A DNA stretch of 64,000 bases. Source: Capnocytophaga sp. (GTDB lineage: Bacteria > Bacteroidota > Bacteroidia > Flavobacteriales > Flavobacteriaceae). Below, piece after piece: positions 37,925 to 49,453 of the stretch. Position 1 is the stretch's first letter, and each line of letters starts with the position of its first letter. A program made the translations under genes and the position numbers. The stretch is taken from positions 3,036-67,035 of the forward strand of contig JBGYFE010000149.1 in the NCBI GenBank assembly GCA_041819925.1, read 5' to 3'. The notes under the pieces were generated by a model, which had not been told where the DNA came from, ran no database searches, and saw nothing but the letters and a program-made list of their open reading frames with translations.

Positions 37925-38419
37925 ATGAAAAATCTGAGTATTTTAGTACTTTTTCAAGCACTTTCGAGTGTTGTTTCTGGGATTTTAATTGAAAATATGT
38001 CGTTTATTGGTCGTATTGGAGTGAGTACGATGTATCGCGAATACCTAATTTTCAAAACTTGGTGGAAAACGGCTTTGTTGTTATTTGCTGTGCAATTTGT
38101 CTTGATTTTGGTGTTGCAAATTGCCAAAAAAGTACGAATTTCCATAGGAAGAATTACAGCTTTTATTTTCTTAATCATTGGAGTATTAGGCACTTATCTC
38201 ACTTATATTGATTTTACCACCACCAACCACCGAATGATGAAATTCAGCTTTCATTTTGGTTTTTATCTGTTTTGGTTTTGTTGGTTTATAACGTGTTTTT
38301 ATTTTTTATTTTTCAGAAATAGGAAATATTTTCCAACATATCCAAATTCAAAAAATCAGGGAGATGGAAAATATGCACATCATCACATTGAACAAGAAAA
38401 AGACGTTGATTTACAGTAA
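37925..38419 (+). CDS. Hypothetical 4-TM membrane protein
   Basis: Four hydrophobic segments; likely ATG at 37925. Confidence 0.6.
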   Translation: MKNLSILVLFQALSSVVSGILIENMSFIGRIGVSTMYREYLIFKTWWKTALLLFAVQFVLILVLQIAKKVRISIGRITAFIFLIIGVLGTYLTYIDFTTTNHRMMKFSFHFGFYLFWFCWFITCFYFLFFRNRKYFPTYPNSKNQGDGKYAHHHIEQEKDVDLQ

Positions 38420-38495
38420 TATATTAATTAAAATATCTTTTTATCACAAATAAGATTTACTCACTAAACTTATTATTTGTGCAGCTACAAAAACT

Positions 38496-40169
38496 ATGAA
38501 ACAACCTGCCATTAAACTTGCACAGCACGTCATTCAGGCTTGCAAGGCAAAAAACATAAAAAACATCATTATCTCACCGGGTTCACGAAATGCGCCATTG
38601 ACTATCGGATTTTCAAACGACCCTTTTTTCACTTGTTACAGCATTGTTGATGAACGTTGTGCGGCATTTTTCGCTTTGGGAATTGCCCAGCAAATTCACT
38701 ATCCAACAGCTGTGGTTTGTACATCGGGCTCTGCTCTTTTGAACTACTATCCTGCTGTGAGTGAGGCTTTTTATAGCAACATACCGCTGGTGGTCATCTC
38801 CGCCGACCGCCCTTCTGACAAAATTGACATTGGCGATGGGCAAACCATACGCCAGCAAAACGTATTTGCCAATCACAGTGCTTGCAATGCCAATCTTTCG
38901 GACAATCCAACAGACGAAAAAAGCAATTTTTATGAATTAAATAAGGCTTTAAATACGGCTATTTCGCAAAAAGCTCCCGTACATATCAATGTTCCGTTTG
39001 AAGAACCACTTTATTTGACAACAGAAGAGGTTTTTCCGTTTGAAAATATTCCTGCGGAAGCTACAAAATCATACATAAATCCTGAAAAACACATCGATTT
39101 TATCAAAAATTGGAACAAAACTACTCGAAAAATGGTTTTAGTGGGAGTGCTTTCTCCCAATAGTTTGGAAGAAAAATTCGTGGAATGGCTCGCAAATGAC
39201 CCTTCGGTGTTAGTACTTACGGAGACTACGTCCAATTTGTACCACGAAAAATTCATTCCATATATTGATAAATTGCTGACTTTCACCGAAAAAGATGTAT
39301 CTTTGAAAGAGGCTTTGCGCCCTGAATTGTTACTAACTTTTGGCGGATTGGTCGTTTCTAAAAAAATAAAACAATTTTTGCGTAGCTATCAACCTGATTT
39401 TCATTATCATATCGACTTATTTAAAGGATATGACTCCTATTTCTGTTTGACGCATCATTTTCAAACAGACATTGCTTCTTTTTTCAACAAAACGCAACCA
39501 TCATTGAGGCAAATAGAATCAAATTATCAAAATAATTGGCTGAAAATCAACGAAGAAATACATCAAAAACATTTACAATACGTTTCAGAAATTGCCTATT
39601 CTGATTTGAAAATTTACAAACAAATTTTCAGCCAGATTCCTGAAAACTATGCGGTTCAATTAAGTAACAGTTCCACAGTGCGTTACGCACAATTGTTTAA
39701 GTTACAACCTTCGTGGCGGATTTTCTGCAATCGAGGTACGAGTGGCATTGACGGAAGTGTTTCCACCGCTATCGGAGCTGCTGTGGGAGGGCAATCTCAG
39801 ACGTTGCTCATCACAGGCGATTTGAGTTTTTTTTATGATAGTAACGCATTGTGGAACAAATACATACCTAATAATTTCCGAATAATACTCATTAACAATC
39901 AAGGAGGTGGTATTTTCCGAATTTTGCCTGGTGATAAATCTGACAAGCATTTTGAAACTTTCTTTGAAACTCCTCATCAACTTACGGCAGAACACCTTTG
40001 CAAAATGTATGCGTTGGAATATGAACAAACGGATAATTTGAACGATTTGCGCAACAAATTAGCTACTTTTTTCGATAATTCAGACCGCCCTAAACTCTTG
40101 GAAATCCATACACCTCGATTGGAAAACGATAAAGTTTTGTTAAACTACTTCCTTTTCTTGAAAAATTAA
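38496..40169 (+). CDS. menD: SEPHCHC synthase (menaquinone biosynthesis)
   Basis: ISPGSRNAPL; DERCAAFFALG; CTSGSA; NRGTSGIDG; GDLSFFYD.N. Confidence 0.95.
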   Translation: MKQPAIKLAQHVIQACKAKNIKNIIISPGSRNAPLTIGFSNDPFFTCYSIVDERCAAFFALGIAQQIHYPTAVVCTSGSALLNYYPAVSEAFYSNIPLVVISADRPSDKIDIGDGQTIRQQNVFANHSACNANLSDNPTDEKSNFYELNKALNTAISQKAPVHINVPFEEPLYLTTEEVFPFENIPAEATKSYINPEKHIDFIKNWNKTTRKMVLVGVLSPNSLEEKFVEWLANDPSVLVLTETTSNLYHEKFIPYIDKLLTFTEKDVSLKEALRPELLLTFGGLVVSKKIKQFLRSYQPDFHYHIDLFKGYDSYFCLTHHFQTDIASFFNKTQPSLRQIESNYQNNWLKINEEIHQKHLQYVSEIAYSDLKIYKQIFSQIPENYAVQLSNSSTVRYAQLFKLQPSWRIFCNRGTSGIDGSVSTAIGAAVGGQSQTLLITGDLSFFYDSNALWNKYIPNNFRIILINNQGGGIFRILPGDKSDKHFETFFETPHQLTAEHLCKMYALEYEQTDNLNDLRNKLATFFDNSDRPKLLEIHTPRLENDKVLLNYFLFLKN

Positions 40170-40207
40170 TTTAGCTTTACGCTTTAATACTAAATTACAA
40201 GATAATT

Positions 40208-40552
40208 ATGAGCAAAAGAGACGAACTTATTGAATTGTATGCCAAAGATTTAAAAGAAAAATGCGGTGTAACACCTGATGTTGATTTCTTGAAAAAAGTA
40301 ACTGTTGGATTAGGTCCTTCAATCTACAACAAAGATTCAGCAACAGTGGCAGGTTCTGACCAAACAGAATTAGACCGTGTTAAACAAAACTTTTTAATCA
40401 AAAAATTGGGATTGAAAGATGGTCCAGAGTTAGACAAAGCAATTGATTCTGTTTTAGAAACTTACGGAAAATCAAACAAAACCAAGTATCGTGCAGTGGT
40501 TTACTATTTGTTAGCGAAACACTTCAAAAAAGAAGATGTTTATAACAAATAA
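40208..40552 (+). CDS. DUF2853-family protein
   Basis: KVTVGLGPSIYN.DS..VAGSD..EL.RVK.NFLIKKLGL...KYRAVVYYLL. Confidence 0.8.
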   Translation: MSKRDELIELYAKDLKEKCGVTPDVDFLKKVTVGLGPSIYNKDSATVAGSDQTELDRVKQNFLIKKLGLKDGPELDKAIDSVLETYGKSNKTKYRAVVYYLLAKHFKKEDVYNK

Positions 40553-40575
40553 AACCTTTTCAGAAAAACAGAAAG

Positions 40576-40600
40576 AGCTATCCTTTGTGGTAGCTTTTTT
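40576..40600 (+). terminator. Intrinsic terminator
   Basis: AGCTATCC...GGTAGCT followed by a T run. Confidence 0.55.
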
Positions 40601-40655
40601 TGATTAAAAACCTACTGCAACTTATTTTATAAAAAATAATTGATTTATTGCTTAA

Positions 40656-42659
<2,004 letters not shown>

Positions 42660-42756
42660 CTATTTTCTCAGCGAATAATTACCTTAAAAATTCATTTTTT
42701 CCATCACATTCTATAAACATAAATAATTGAGAAAATGAATTTTTAAGGTTTTTGCT

Positions 42757-43491
42757 TTAATAAAGCAACTGCACTTCTTTCAAAGAAAAATGTTTAAAAG
42801 TACCGTCTTCAACCTCTACAACTAACTCTCCCGAAGGAAGCACTCGACGAATAATTCCCGAAAAATTAGCCCCTTGATGGGTGCGAAAAGCTGACACTTT
42901 GTTCAGTTGAAAAAGATATTTTTCGTACTTTGAATAAACCTCATCAAAAGAAAGTAATTGAATATCAGAAAATTCCATTTGTAGGTTTTTAAGTATGCTT
43001 TTCATCAAAAATTCGATGTCATATTCTTTTTGAGTGCAATTTTTTAATGACGAAGCCTTTGGCAAATCGTGAAAATCAGTTTGATTCACATTTAAACCTA
43101 TGCCAATAATACTTTTATCAATTTGTGTATTTCGTACGACATTTTCTATCAAAATTCCCCCCACTTTTCGCTTGGAAACTAAAATATCATTAGGCCATTT
43201 GATGTTTATATCTGGAATATGAGCCGCTTTAAGTGTTTTTACAACCGCAATAGAAGTGAGCATATTCAACAGAAAATAATTCTGCAATTCAAAATTTGTA
43301 TGCTTACATAAAACACTAAATGTCAGGTTTTTATAAGGTTCTACAATCCATTTTGAAGCATATTGCCCCACTCCATTGGTTTGCTGAGGTGTCCATACAG
43401 TCAAAAAATTAGGCAAATTATCCTGCGTGTTTGCCATTTTTTTTAAATACGCATTGGTTGAACCAATAGTTTCAAGTTTTATAATATTCAT
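42757..43491 (-). CDS. birA: Biotin-protein ligase (no HTH)
   Basis: STN; IKWPNDILV..RKVGGILIE; IGIGLNVNQ. Confidence 0.9.
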   Translation of the reverse strand: MNIIKLETIGSTNAYLKKMANTQDNLPNFLTVWTPQQTNGVGQYASKWIVEPYKNLTFSVLCKHTNFELQNYFLLNMLTSIAVVKTLKAAHIPDINIKWPNDILVSKRKVGGILIENVVRNTQIDKSIIGIGLNVNQTDFHDLPKASSLKNCTQKEYDIEFLMKSILKNLQMEFSDIQLLSFDEVYSKYEKYLFQLNKVSAFRTHQGANFSGIIRRVLPSGELVVEVEDGTFKHFSLKEVQLLY

Positions 43492-43497
43492 TATCAA

Positions 43498-44512
43498 CTA
43501 TATAATCTTTTTATTAATTTCTAAAACTTGCCAAAAAAGTGCTTCATCTTTTTCAGAAATAAAAGTAGTTTGAATTGGCAAATAGTACACATTCAATAGA
43601 TGGTTTTGCAGACGCACAAAATCTTTCTCCGTAGTTAAAATGCGTGGATGTTGCCTCAATTTTTCTATTTCAGAAACCGTAAAATGATGATGATCTGGAA
43701 AATTAAGGTGCGTAAAATCAGCTTGTTGGCTATTTAGAAAATCAAGGAGCGGACGAGGATTGGCAATGCCCGTTACCAAAACAAATGGCTGACCTAAAAA
43801 CTTTTGCAAATCAACCTCTTCCGATTTTGAATATACTTTTTCTGCGTACGAAATTTTTGAAAAAACTATTTTTTGTCCTTCTTTTTGATGTAATTTTTTT
43901 CTTATTTTTTCTTGTTTTTTTTTCAGAAATGTCAATCGGACATTTTGTCACAACAATCACATCTGCCTGACTTGCTCTCGAAGTTACATCACGCAGATTT
44001 CCTGTTGGAAGAAGACAATCATCCGTAAACAAATCACCGTAAGAAGTCAATAGCACATTTTTTTTTGCACACACTTTTCGGTGCTGAAAAGCATCATCTA
44101 AAATCACAATATTCACAGGTTCAGCAAGTTCTATTAGTTTTTGAACAGCACTAACTCGATTAGAATCAACCGCTAAAATGATTTCAGGGAATTTTCTCCA
44201 AAACTGAAAAGGTTCATCACCCAAATCAAAAACAGTCGATTTTTCATCTGCCAATACCAAACCTTTGGTCTTTCGTTTGTAGCCTCTACTAACTACCCCC
44301 ACTTTGTGATTAGGCAACAGATTTCGGATTAAATATTCCACCATTGGAGTTTTTCCTGTTCCGCCAACGCTTAAATTTCCAACACAAATGGTTGGTACAT
44401 TGAAACTTACAGATTTTAACAATCCGCAATCATACGCCCAGTGCCGCAACCGAACAATAGCACCATAAAGCACCGAAAAAGGGAACAAGAAATATCGTAA
44501 AAATCGCATCAT
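43498..44512 (-). pseudogene. lpxK: Tetraacyldisaccharide 4'-kinase, split by a +1 frameshift in an A9 run
   Basis: 43811-44512 carries VGNLSVGGTGKTP, SRGY, GDEP, LDDAFQH and PTGNLRD; 43498-43935 carries VTGIANP, F.DHH and LTTEKD. The two parts join to 337 aa if T9 at 43915-43923 is T8. Confidence 0.85.
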
Positions 44513-44607
44513 TTCTTACTTTTTCTGGCAAAAGTACAACAAAAATTACAACATTTTTTTATTCAAAAAAAATTTATATTTTTGGCTTCATAATTGTTGA
44601 AAACAAA

Positions 44608-45279
44608 ATGAATTCAAGATATTTTATTTTTGATATGGACGGTGTGTTGGTTGATAGCGAGCCGATGCACCGACAAATCATTGGTGAGGTTTTTAAAAAG
44701 CTCAAAATCAATCTTTCAGAAACTTATATTGAAGAGGCGCTAACGGGAATGTCTGCCATTCCGATGTGGGAAAAAGTAAAGGCAGAAGCTGGCAGAGATG
44801 AATCAGCAGAAGAATTGTTACAATTTCATCGTAGTTATTTTTATACGAGACTTCCAGAAATAGAAGTTCCTGAGGTTAAGGGAGTTAAAGAGGTTTTACG
44901 AAAACTCAAAGAACACCAATTTTCATTGGCATTAGCCTCTTCTTCTACAAAAAAATTGATTGATTTTTTTACGGAAAAGCTGAATATTTCACATTATTTT
45001 GACGTTGTAATGAGCGGAGACGATGTGCGGTATAGCAAGCCCTTTCCTGAAATATTCCTAAAAGTTGCTGAAAAATACGAAGCTCGTCCTGAATGTTTTT
45101 GGGTTTTGGAAGATAGCAAAAATGGTGTACAAGCTGCCAAAAGTGCGGGAATGCAATGTATTGGATTTAAAAATCCTAATTCAGGAAATCAAGACCTTTC
45201 AAAAGCCGATATTATCATCAAATCGATGGATGAATTCAACAATGATTTTATTTTTAATTTACTGAAAATAAATGAGTAA
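44608..45279 (+). CDS. HAD-superfamily phosphatase (beta-PGM-like)
   Basis: FDMDGVLVDSE; KPFPEIF; EDSKNG. Confidence 0.88.
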   Translation: MNSRYFIFDMDGVLVDSEPMHRQIIGEVFKKLKINLSETYIEEALTGMSAIPMWEKVKAEAGRDESAEELLQFHRSYFYTRLPEIEVPEVKGVKEVLRKLKEHQFSLALASSSTKKLIDFFTEKLNISHYFDVVMSGDDVRYSKPFPEIFLKVAEKYEARPECFWVLEDSKNGVQAAKSAGMQCIGFKNPNSGNQDLSKADIIIKSMDEFNNDFIFNLLKINE

Positions 45280-46144
45280 CGACAAAAAACATATTAAAAT
45301 CATTGAGTGCCCTCGCGATGCAATGCAAGGACTGAAAGTTTTCATTCCTACACAAAAAAAAATTGATTACATTCAATCGCTTTTGAACGTGGGATTTGAT
45401 ACGATTGATTTCGGTAGTTTTGTTTCGCCCAAGGCTATTCCGCAAATGGCTGACACTCAACAAGTACTTGAAAAATTAGACTTAACAAACACTCGAAGCA
45501 AATTGCTCGCCATCATTGCCAATCAACGGGGAGCTGACCAAGCTATTGAATTTCAACAAATTGACTATTTAGGATTTCCGTTTTCCATTTCTGAAAATTT
45601 TCAGATGCGAAACACCCACAAAACCATCGCTGAAAGCATCACAATTCTTGATTATATTAAAAATCAGACTGAAAAAAGCGGAAAAAAATTAGTCGTCTAT
45701 CTTTCTATGGGTTTTGGAAATCCGTATGGCGACCCTTGGAACGAGGAGATTGTAGAGCAATGGGTAGAAATGCTTTTCAAAAAGGATATTCAGATTATTT
45801 CCCTATCAGACACCATCGGAAGTGCTAATACAGAAGTAATTACAAATTTATTTACGTATCTTATTCCTAAATATCCAACTGTTGAATTTGGTGCTCACTT
45901 CCATACTTCTATTGAAAATTGGCACGAAAAAGTACATAGTGCCTACACTTCGGGGTGTTTACGCTTTGATGGAGCAATTCGTGGCTATGGCGGTTGCCCG
46001 ATGGCAAAAGATGAACTCGTCGGAAATATGCCTACTGAAAGATTGGTTTCTTACTTTCAAAAAATGCAGGCTAAGACGGGGCTAAATCTTTTAGCTTTTG
46101 AAAGTAGTTACAACGAGGCTATGAAAGTTTTTGAATTCAACTAA
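45272..46144 (+). CDS. hmgL: HMG-CoA lyase
   Basis: ECPRDAMQG; SFVSPKAIPQMAD; GAHFH; GYGGCP. Confidence 0.88.
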   Translation: MSNDKKHIKIIECPRDAMQGLKVFIPTQKKIDYIQSLLNVGFDTIDFGSFVSPKAIPQMADTQQVLEKLDLTNTRSKLLAIIANQRGADQAIEFQQIDYLGFPFSISENFQMRNTHKTIAESITILDYIKNQTEKSGKKLVVYLSMGFGNPYGDPWNEEIVEQWVEMLFKKDIQIISLSDTIGSANTEVITNLFTYLIPKYPTVEFGAHFHTSIENWHEKVHSAYTSGCLRFDGAIRGYGGCPMAKDELVGNMPTERLVSYFQKMQAKTGLNLLAFESSYNEAMKVFEFN

Positions 46145-46884
46145 TCTTCAAAAATTTCAATAGGATATTCCACTTTGGTAAGAAAAAGCCCGCAGGCAGG
46201 CACAGAAGCCCCTGCTTGACTTCGGTTTTTACTTTCAATAACTTTCTCAAAATCAGCTATCGACATTTTTCCAAGCCCTACATCAAGTAACGTTCCCACC
46301 ACTGCGCGCACCATATTTCGCAAGAAACGGTCTGCCGAAATGGTAAAAATTAAAAGTGTTCCTTCCCTGCGCCAATAGGCTTCATAAATCGTACAATTAT
46401 AGGTATGTACATCGGTATTTGATTTTGAAAAACACTGAAAATCAGTGTGTTTAAAAAGTATTTTTGCAGCTTCTTCCATTTGAGAAACATTCAATGGAAG
46501 GTTTAAATACATACTCAATTCGTGAAGAAAAACATCTTTCTGAGTGCAAATATGATATTCATAAGTGCGTTTTAAAGCATCAAAACGAGCGTGAGCACTG
46601 TCAGAAACGCGATAGATGTTATGCACTGACACATCTTTGGGCAAAAAAGCATTCAGCCTATAAACCAATTGATTATCAATACCTTGCTCAAAATCAAAAT
46701 GCGCAAACATCTGACGTGCGTGTACGCCACTGTCAGTACGCCCTGCTCCAACTACCTCAATGGGAAAACGTAAAAGTGTGCTTAATCCTTTCTCCAAAAC
46801 TTCTTGAACGCTAATCGCATTGGGTTGATTCTGCCAACCGTGGTAGTTTTTTCCGTTGTATGAAAATTCTATAAAATAGCGCAT
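46141..46884 (-). CDS. truA: tRNA pseudouridine(38-40) synthase
   Basis: GAGRTDSGVHA; HARF.A..R.Y.Y; FLRNMVRAVVG. Confidence 0.95.
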   Translation of the reverse strand: MRYFIEFSYNGKNYHGWQNQPNAISVQEVLEKGLSTLLRFPIEVVGAGRTDSGVHARQMFAHFDFEQGIDNQLVYRLNAFLPKDVSVHNIYRVSDSAHARFDALKRTYEYHICTQKDVFLHELSMYLNLPLNVSQMEEAAKILFKHTDFQCFSKSNTDVHTYNCTIYEAYWRREGTLLIFTISADRFLRNMVRAVVGTLLDVGLGKMSIADFEKVIESKNRSQAGASVPACGLFLTKVEYPIEIFED

Positions 46885-46934
46885 TTTATGTTATTTTTAC
46901 CCAATTTTTATCTTGAAGAAAGTGAAATTTTTCT

Positions 46935-48320
46935 TTATTTGTTTGTTCCTAAAATATTTTTCACGAAATCGGAACTAAAAAACGCAGGGAATTTTTTATC
47001 AAAAAAAGCAATCCATTCCGCTCCTTTTTTCACGGCAATTTTTAGATAATGCTGTGATTTGAAGTGATTTCCGACTCCTGCATTGGCAATCGCTAAACGA
47101 TAAAGCGTAGTGATATCATCAGGAAACAAACGATGTGTTTCTGAAACTACCTGCAATGCTCTTTCATAATCGCTAATAAACAACAGCAAATCAGCCCAAT
47201 TTGTCAGTGTATTCAATGAGTAATCTCCGTGCTGAACCGCTTGACTGAATGCGTATTCTGCTTTTTCAAGGTCATTCAAACAGAAGTGTATCTCGGCACA
47301 ACGTCGCCAATAGTACGGATTGTTATCTTCAATATGCAATACCTTATTAATGTGCTTCAAGGCTTTGATGTGGTTTCCTCGCAAATAATAAAAATCTGCC
47401 AAAGTCATCCACGATTTGCTTAATTGAGGGTCTTCGTGAACGGCTTTGTAATAATATTGCTCGGCGGTAGCATCGTCATTCATTTTCTCGAAACATCGCC
47501 CAATGTGTAGGTACACCAGCGGAGAGGCATCGTCTAATGTAAGCGTAATTTTGTAATTTTCAATCGCTTTTTCATAACGTCCGAGTTTTTCAAGCACTTT
47601 TGCCTTTTCAAAGTAAGCCCCCGTAAAGGTGTCGTCACTAATGATGGCAAAATCGAAACAACGCAAGGCTTCGTCTAAATCCTCACGAATAAGATGCTGT
47701 TTGCCCAAATAGTGCCAAGCCACCTCACAATACGGATTTTTATCCAAATAAGCGTTCAAAAAAGCAATAGCCTCTTCGTTTTCTTCCAAAATATCATAAC
47801 AAAATAACAATTGTTGCAATGACATATAATCTTCAATATCTTCCGATAGACATTTTTTGAAATATTTTTTTGCTTGGGCGTAATCCTCAATAAAAAGATA
47901 TTCCATTGCTATAAGCGAATAAACATCTACCAAATCATCTGTCAAAGGCAAGGCATATTGAAGGAGTTCAATAGCTTTTTGATGCTTGTTTAGTTTGGAG
48001 TAAAGATTAGCTCTCTGCACGTAAATTTCTGAATTTGAAGGTTCTATAACTTCTAATTCATCAAGCAAAAGCGAGGCTTGTTGCAATTCATCTTCAAAAA
48101 TCATCACTTCAACTTGCAAAAGTTTGAGTGAAATTGCCGTAGGATGCTGATTCAAACCAATTTGCAAAGCGTGCTTAGCTTTGCTCATTTTGCCTAACTC
48201 TAAATAATATTCAACAATTTCTTCAAACTCATCAACGTCAAAGAAAAAAATATGATTTTTTTGCAACATTGACTCAAATTTTGAAACCGAATAATTTTCT
48301 TCTTCTGAAAAAAAATTCAT
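46935..48320 (-). CDS. TPR-repeat protein
   Basis: Multiple TPR-like 34-aa helical repeats; conserved Flavobacteriaceae type. Confidence 0.8.
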   Translation of the reverse strand: MNFFSEEENYSVSKFESMLQKNHIFFFDVDEFEEIVEYYLELGKMSKAKHALQIGLNQHPTAISLKLLQVEVMIFEDELQQASLLLDELEVIEPSNSEIYVQRANLYSKLNKHQKAIELLQYALPLTDDLVDVYSLIAMEYLFIEDYAQAKKYFKKCLSEDIEDYMSLQQLLFCYDILEENEEAIAFLNAYLDKNPYCEVAWHYLGKQHLIREDLDEALRCFDFAIISDDTFTGAYFEKAKVLEKLGRYEKAIENYKITLTLDDASPLVYLHIGRCFEKMNDDATAEQYYYKAVHEDPQLSKSWMTLADFYYLRGNHIKALKHINKVLHIEDNNPYYWRRCAEIHFCLNDLEKAEYAFSQAVQHGDYSLNTLTNWADLLLFISDYERALQVVSETHRLFPDDITTLYRLAIANAGVGNHFKSQHYLKIAVKKGAEWIAFFDKKFPAFFSSDFVKNILGTNK

Positions 48321-48458
48321 AAAATTAACCTATGTTTTTGGTTCTGGGAACGAAAGTACAGATTTTTAAGGATATACGGATTTATTTTACCCTTTTTTTA
48401 TTAACATTTTGACAATACGATGTTTATAAAATTACATAAAACATTATATATCAATACA

Positions 48459-49217
48459 TTACCTCCTATCCCAACGATTGGCATCAAAGGAATTTTTTCG
48501 CCAGTACCACATCATTATAAATCCGATTAAAGCTCCTCCTACGTGAGCAAAATGAGCGATGTTTCCGCCAAAAACGGAGAAGCCCGTAACGCCCGAAAAT
48601 AAATCCAATCCCACTAAAATCGGAATGAAATACTTGGCTTTTATGGGATATGGCACAAAAAGCAACATCAATTTGGCATCAGGAAACATCATCGCGAAAG
48701 CCACCAAAATTCCATAAATCGCTCCTGAAGCTCCAACAGCAGGGGTGAAATAAGCCGACATCATATCGTCAAATTTACTCTTCGGAAGAATATGCTCCCA
48801 AGCGGTATTGTACTTTCCTTCTGCTAAAATACTTTTGACCGTTTCAGCAGGTATTCCATTGTCTGTCAATAAATTAATTCCTTCTTGAAAATAGTAGTAA
48901 TTCACGCCCGAATGCAACAAAGCTGCTCCAATTCCGCAAGAAAAATAAAAAAATAAGAACTTATTTTGCCCCCAAATTTTTTCTAACGGACTTCCAAAAG
49001 CCCAAAGTGCGTACATATTGAAAAATAAGTGCATCAAACCTCCGTGCATAAACATATGGGAAAGATATTGCCACCACTTAAAATTCGGATTTTCAAAGAA
49101 ATAAATCGCCATAATGCGTGATAAATCCAAATTTGGAATAATTTTCAATTCTGCTGCAAGAAAGAAAATTACGTTTATGATTATCAGATGTTTAACAACT
49201 TTTGTAATACGTTCCAT
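48459..49217 (-). CDS. Rhomboid intramembrane protease
   Basis: HMFMHGG..H...NM; VGASGA; AHFAHVGGA. Confidence 0.92.
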   Translation of the reverse strand: MERITKVVKHLIIINVIFFLAAELKIIPNLDLSRIMAIYFFENPNFKWWQYLSHMFMHGGLMHLFFNMYALWAFGSPLEKIWGQNKFLFFYFSCGIGAALLHSGVNYYYFQEGINLLTDNGIPAETVKSILAEGKYNTAWEHILPKSKFDDMMSAYFTPAVGASGAIYGILVAFAMMFPDAKLMLLFVPYPIKAKYFIPILVGLDLFSGVTGFSVFGGNIAHFAHVGGALIGFIMMWYWRKNSFDANRWDRR

Positions 49218-49453
49218 AACAATAAATTTAATACTTTTTTACTTTTCTAATTTTATAAATCCAATAGAATTTGGTCAAGGATTTCTTGTGTCATCACGGC
49301 TATATTTTGTTTAATTTAAAACATATATTGGTTGATATGCCATCGTTTGAGCAATAGGTCGGGCATATTTAGCAAGTTTTCGTTTACTTGTGTAACTTGT
49401 TAATAATGTGATTATCAAGAATATAAATAATATTCGCATATAAAAATTGAATT

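Noticed and set aside
49218-49453. 236-bp mutL-rhomboid spacer with tiny minus-strand frames (MPDLLLKRWHINQYMF, MTQEILDQILLDL)
   Set aside because: They may be gene debris, but are too short to assign and show no terminal repeats or recognisable motif.
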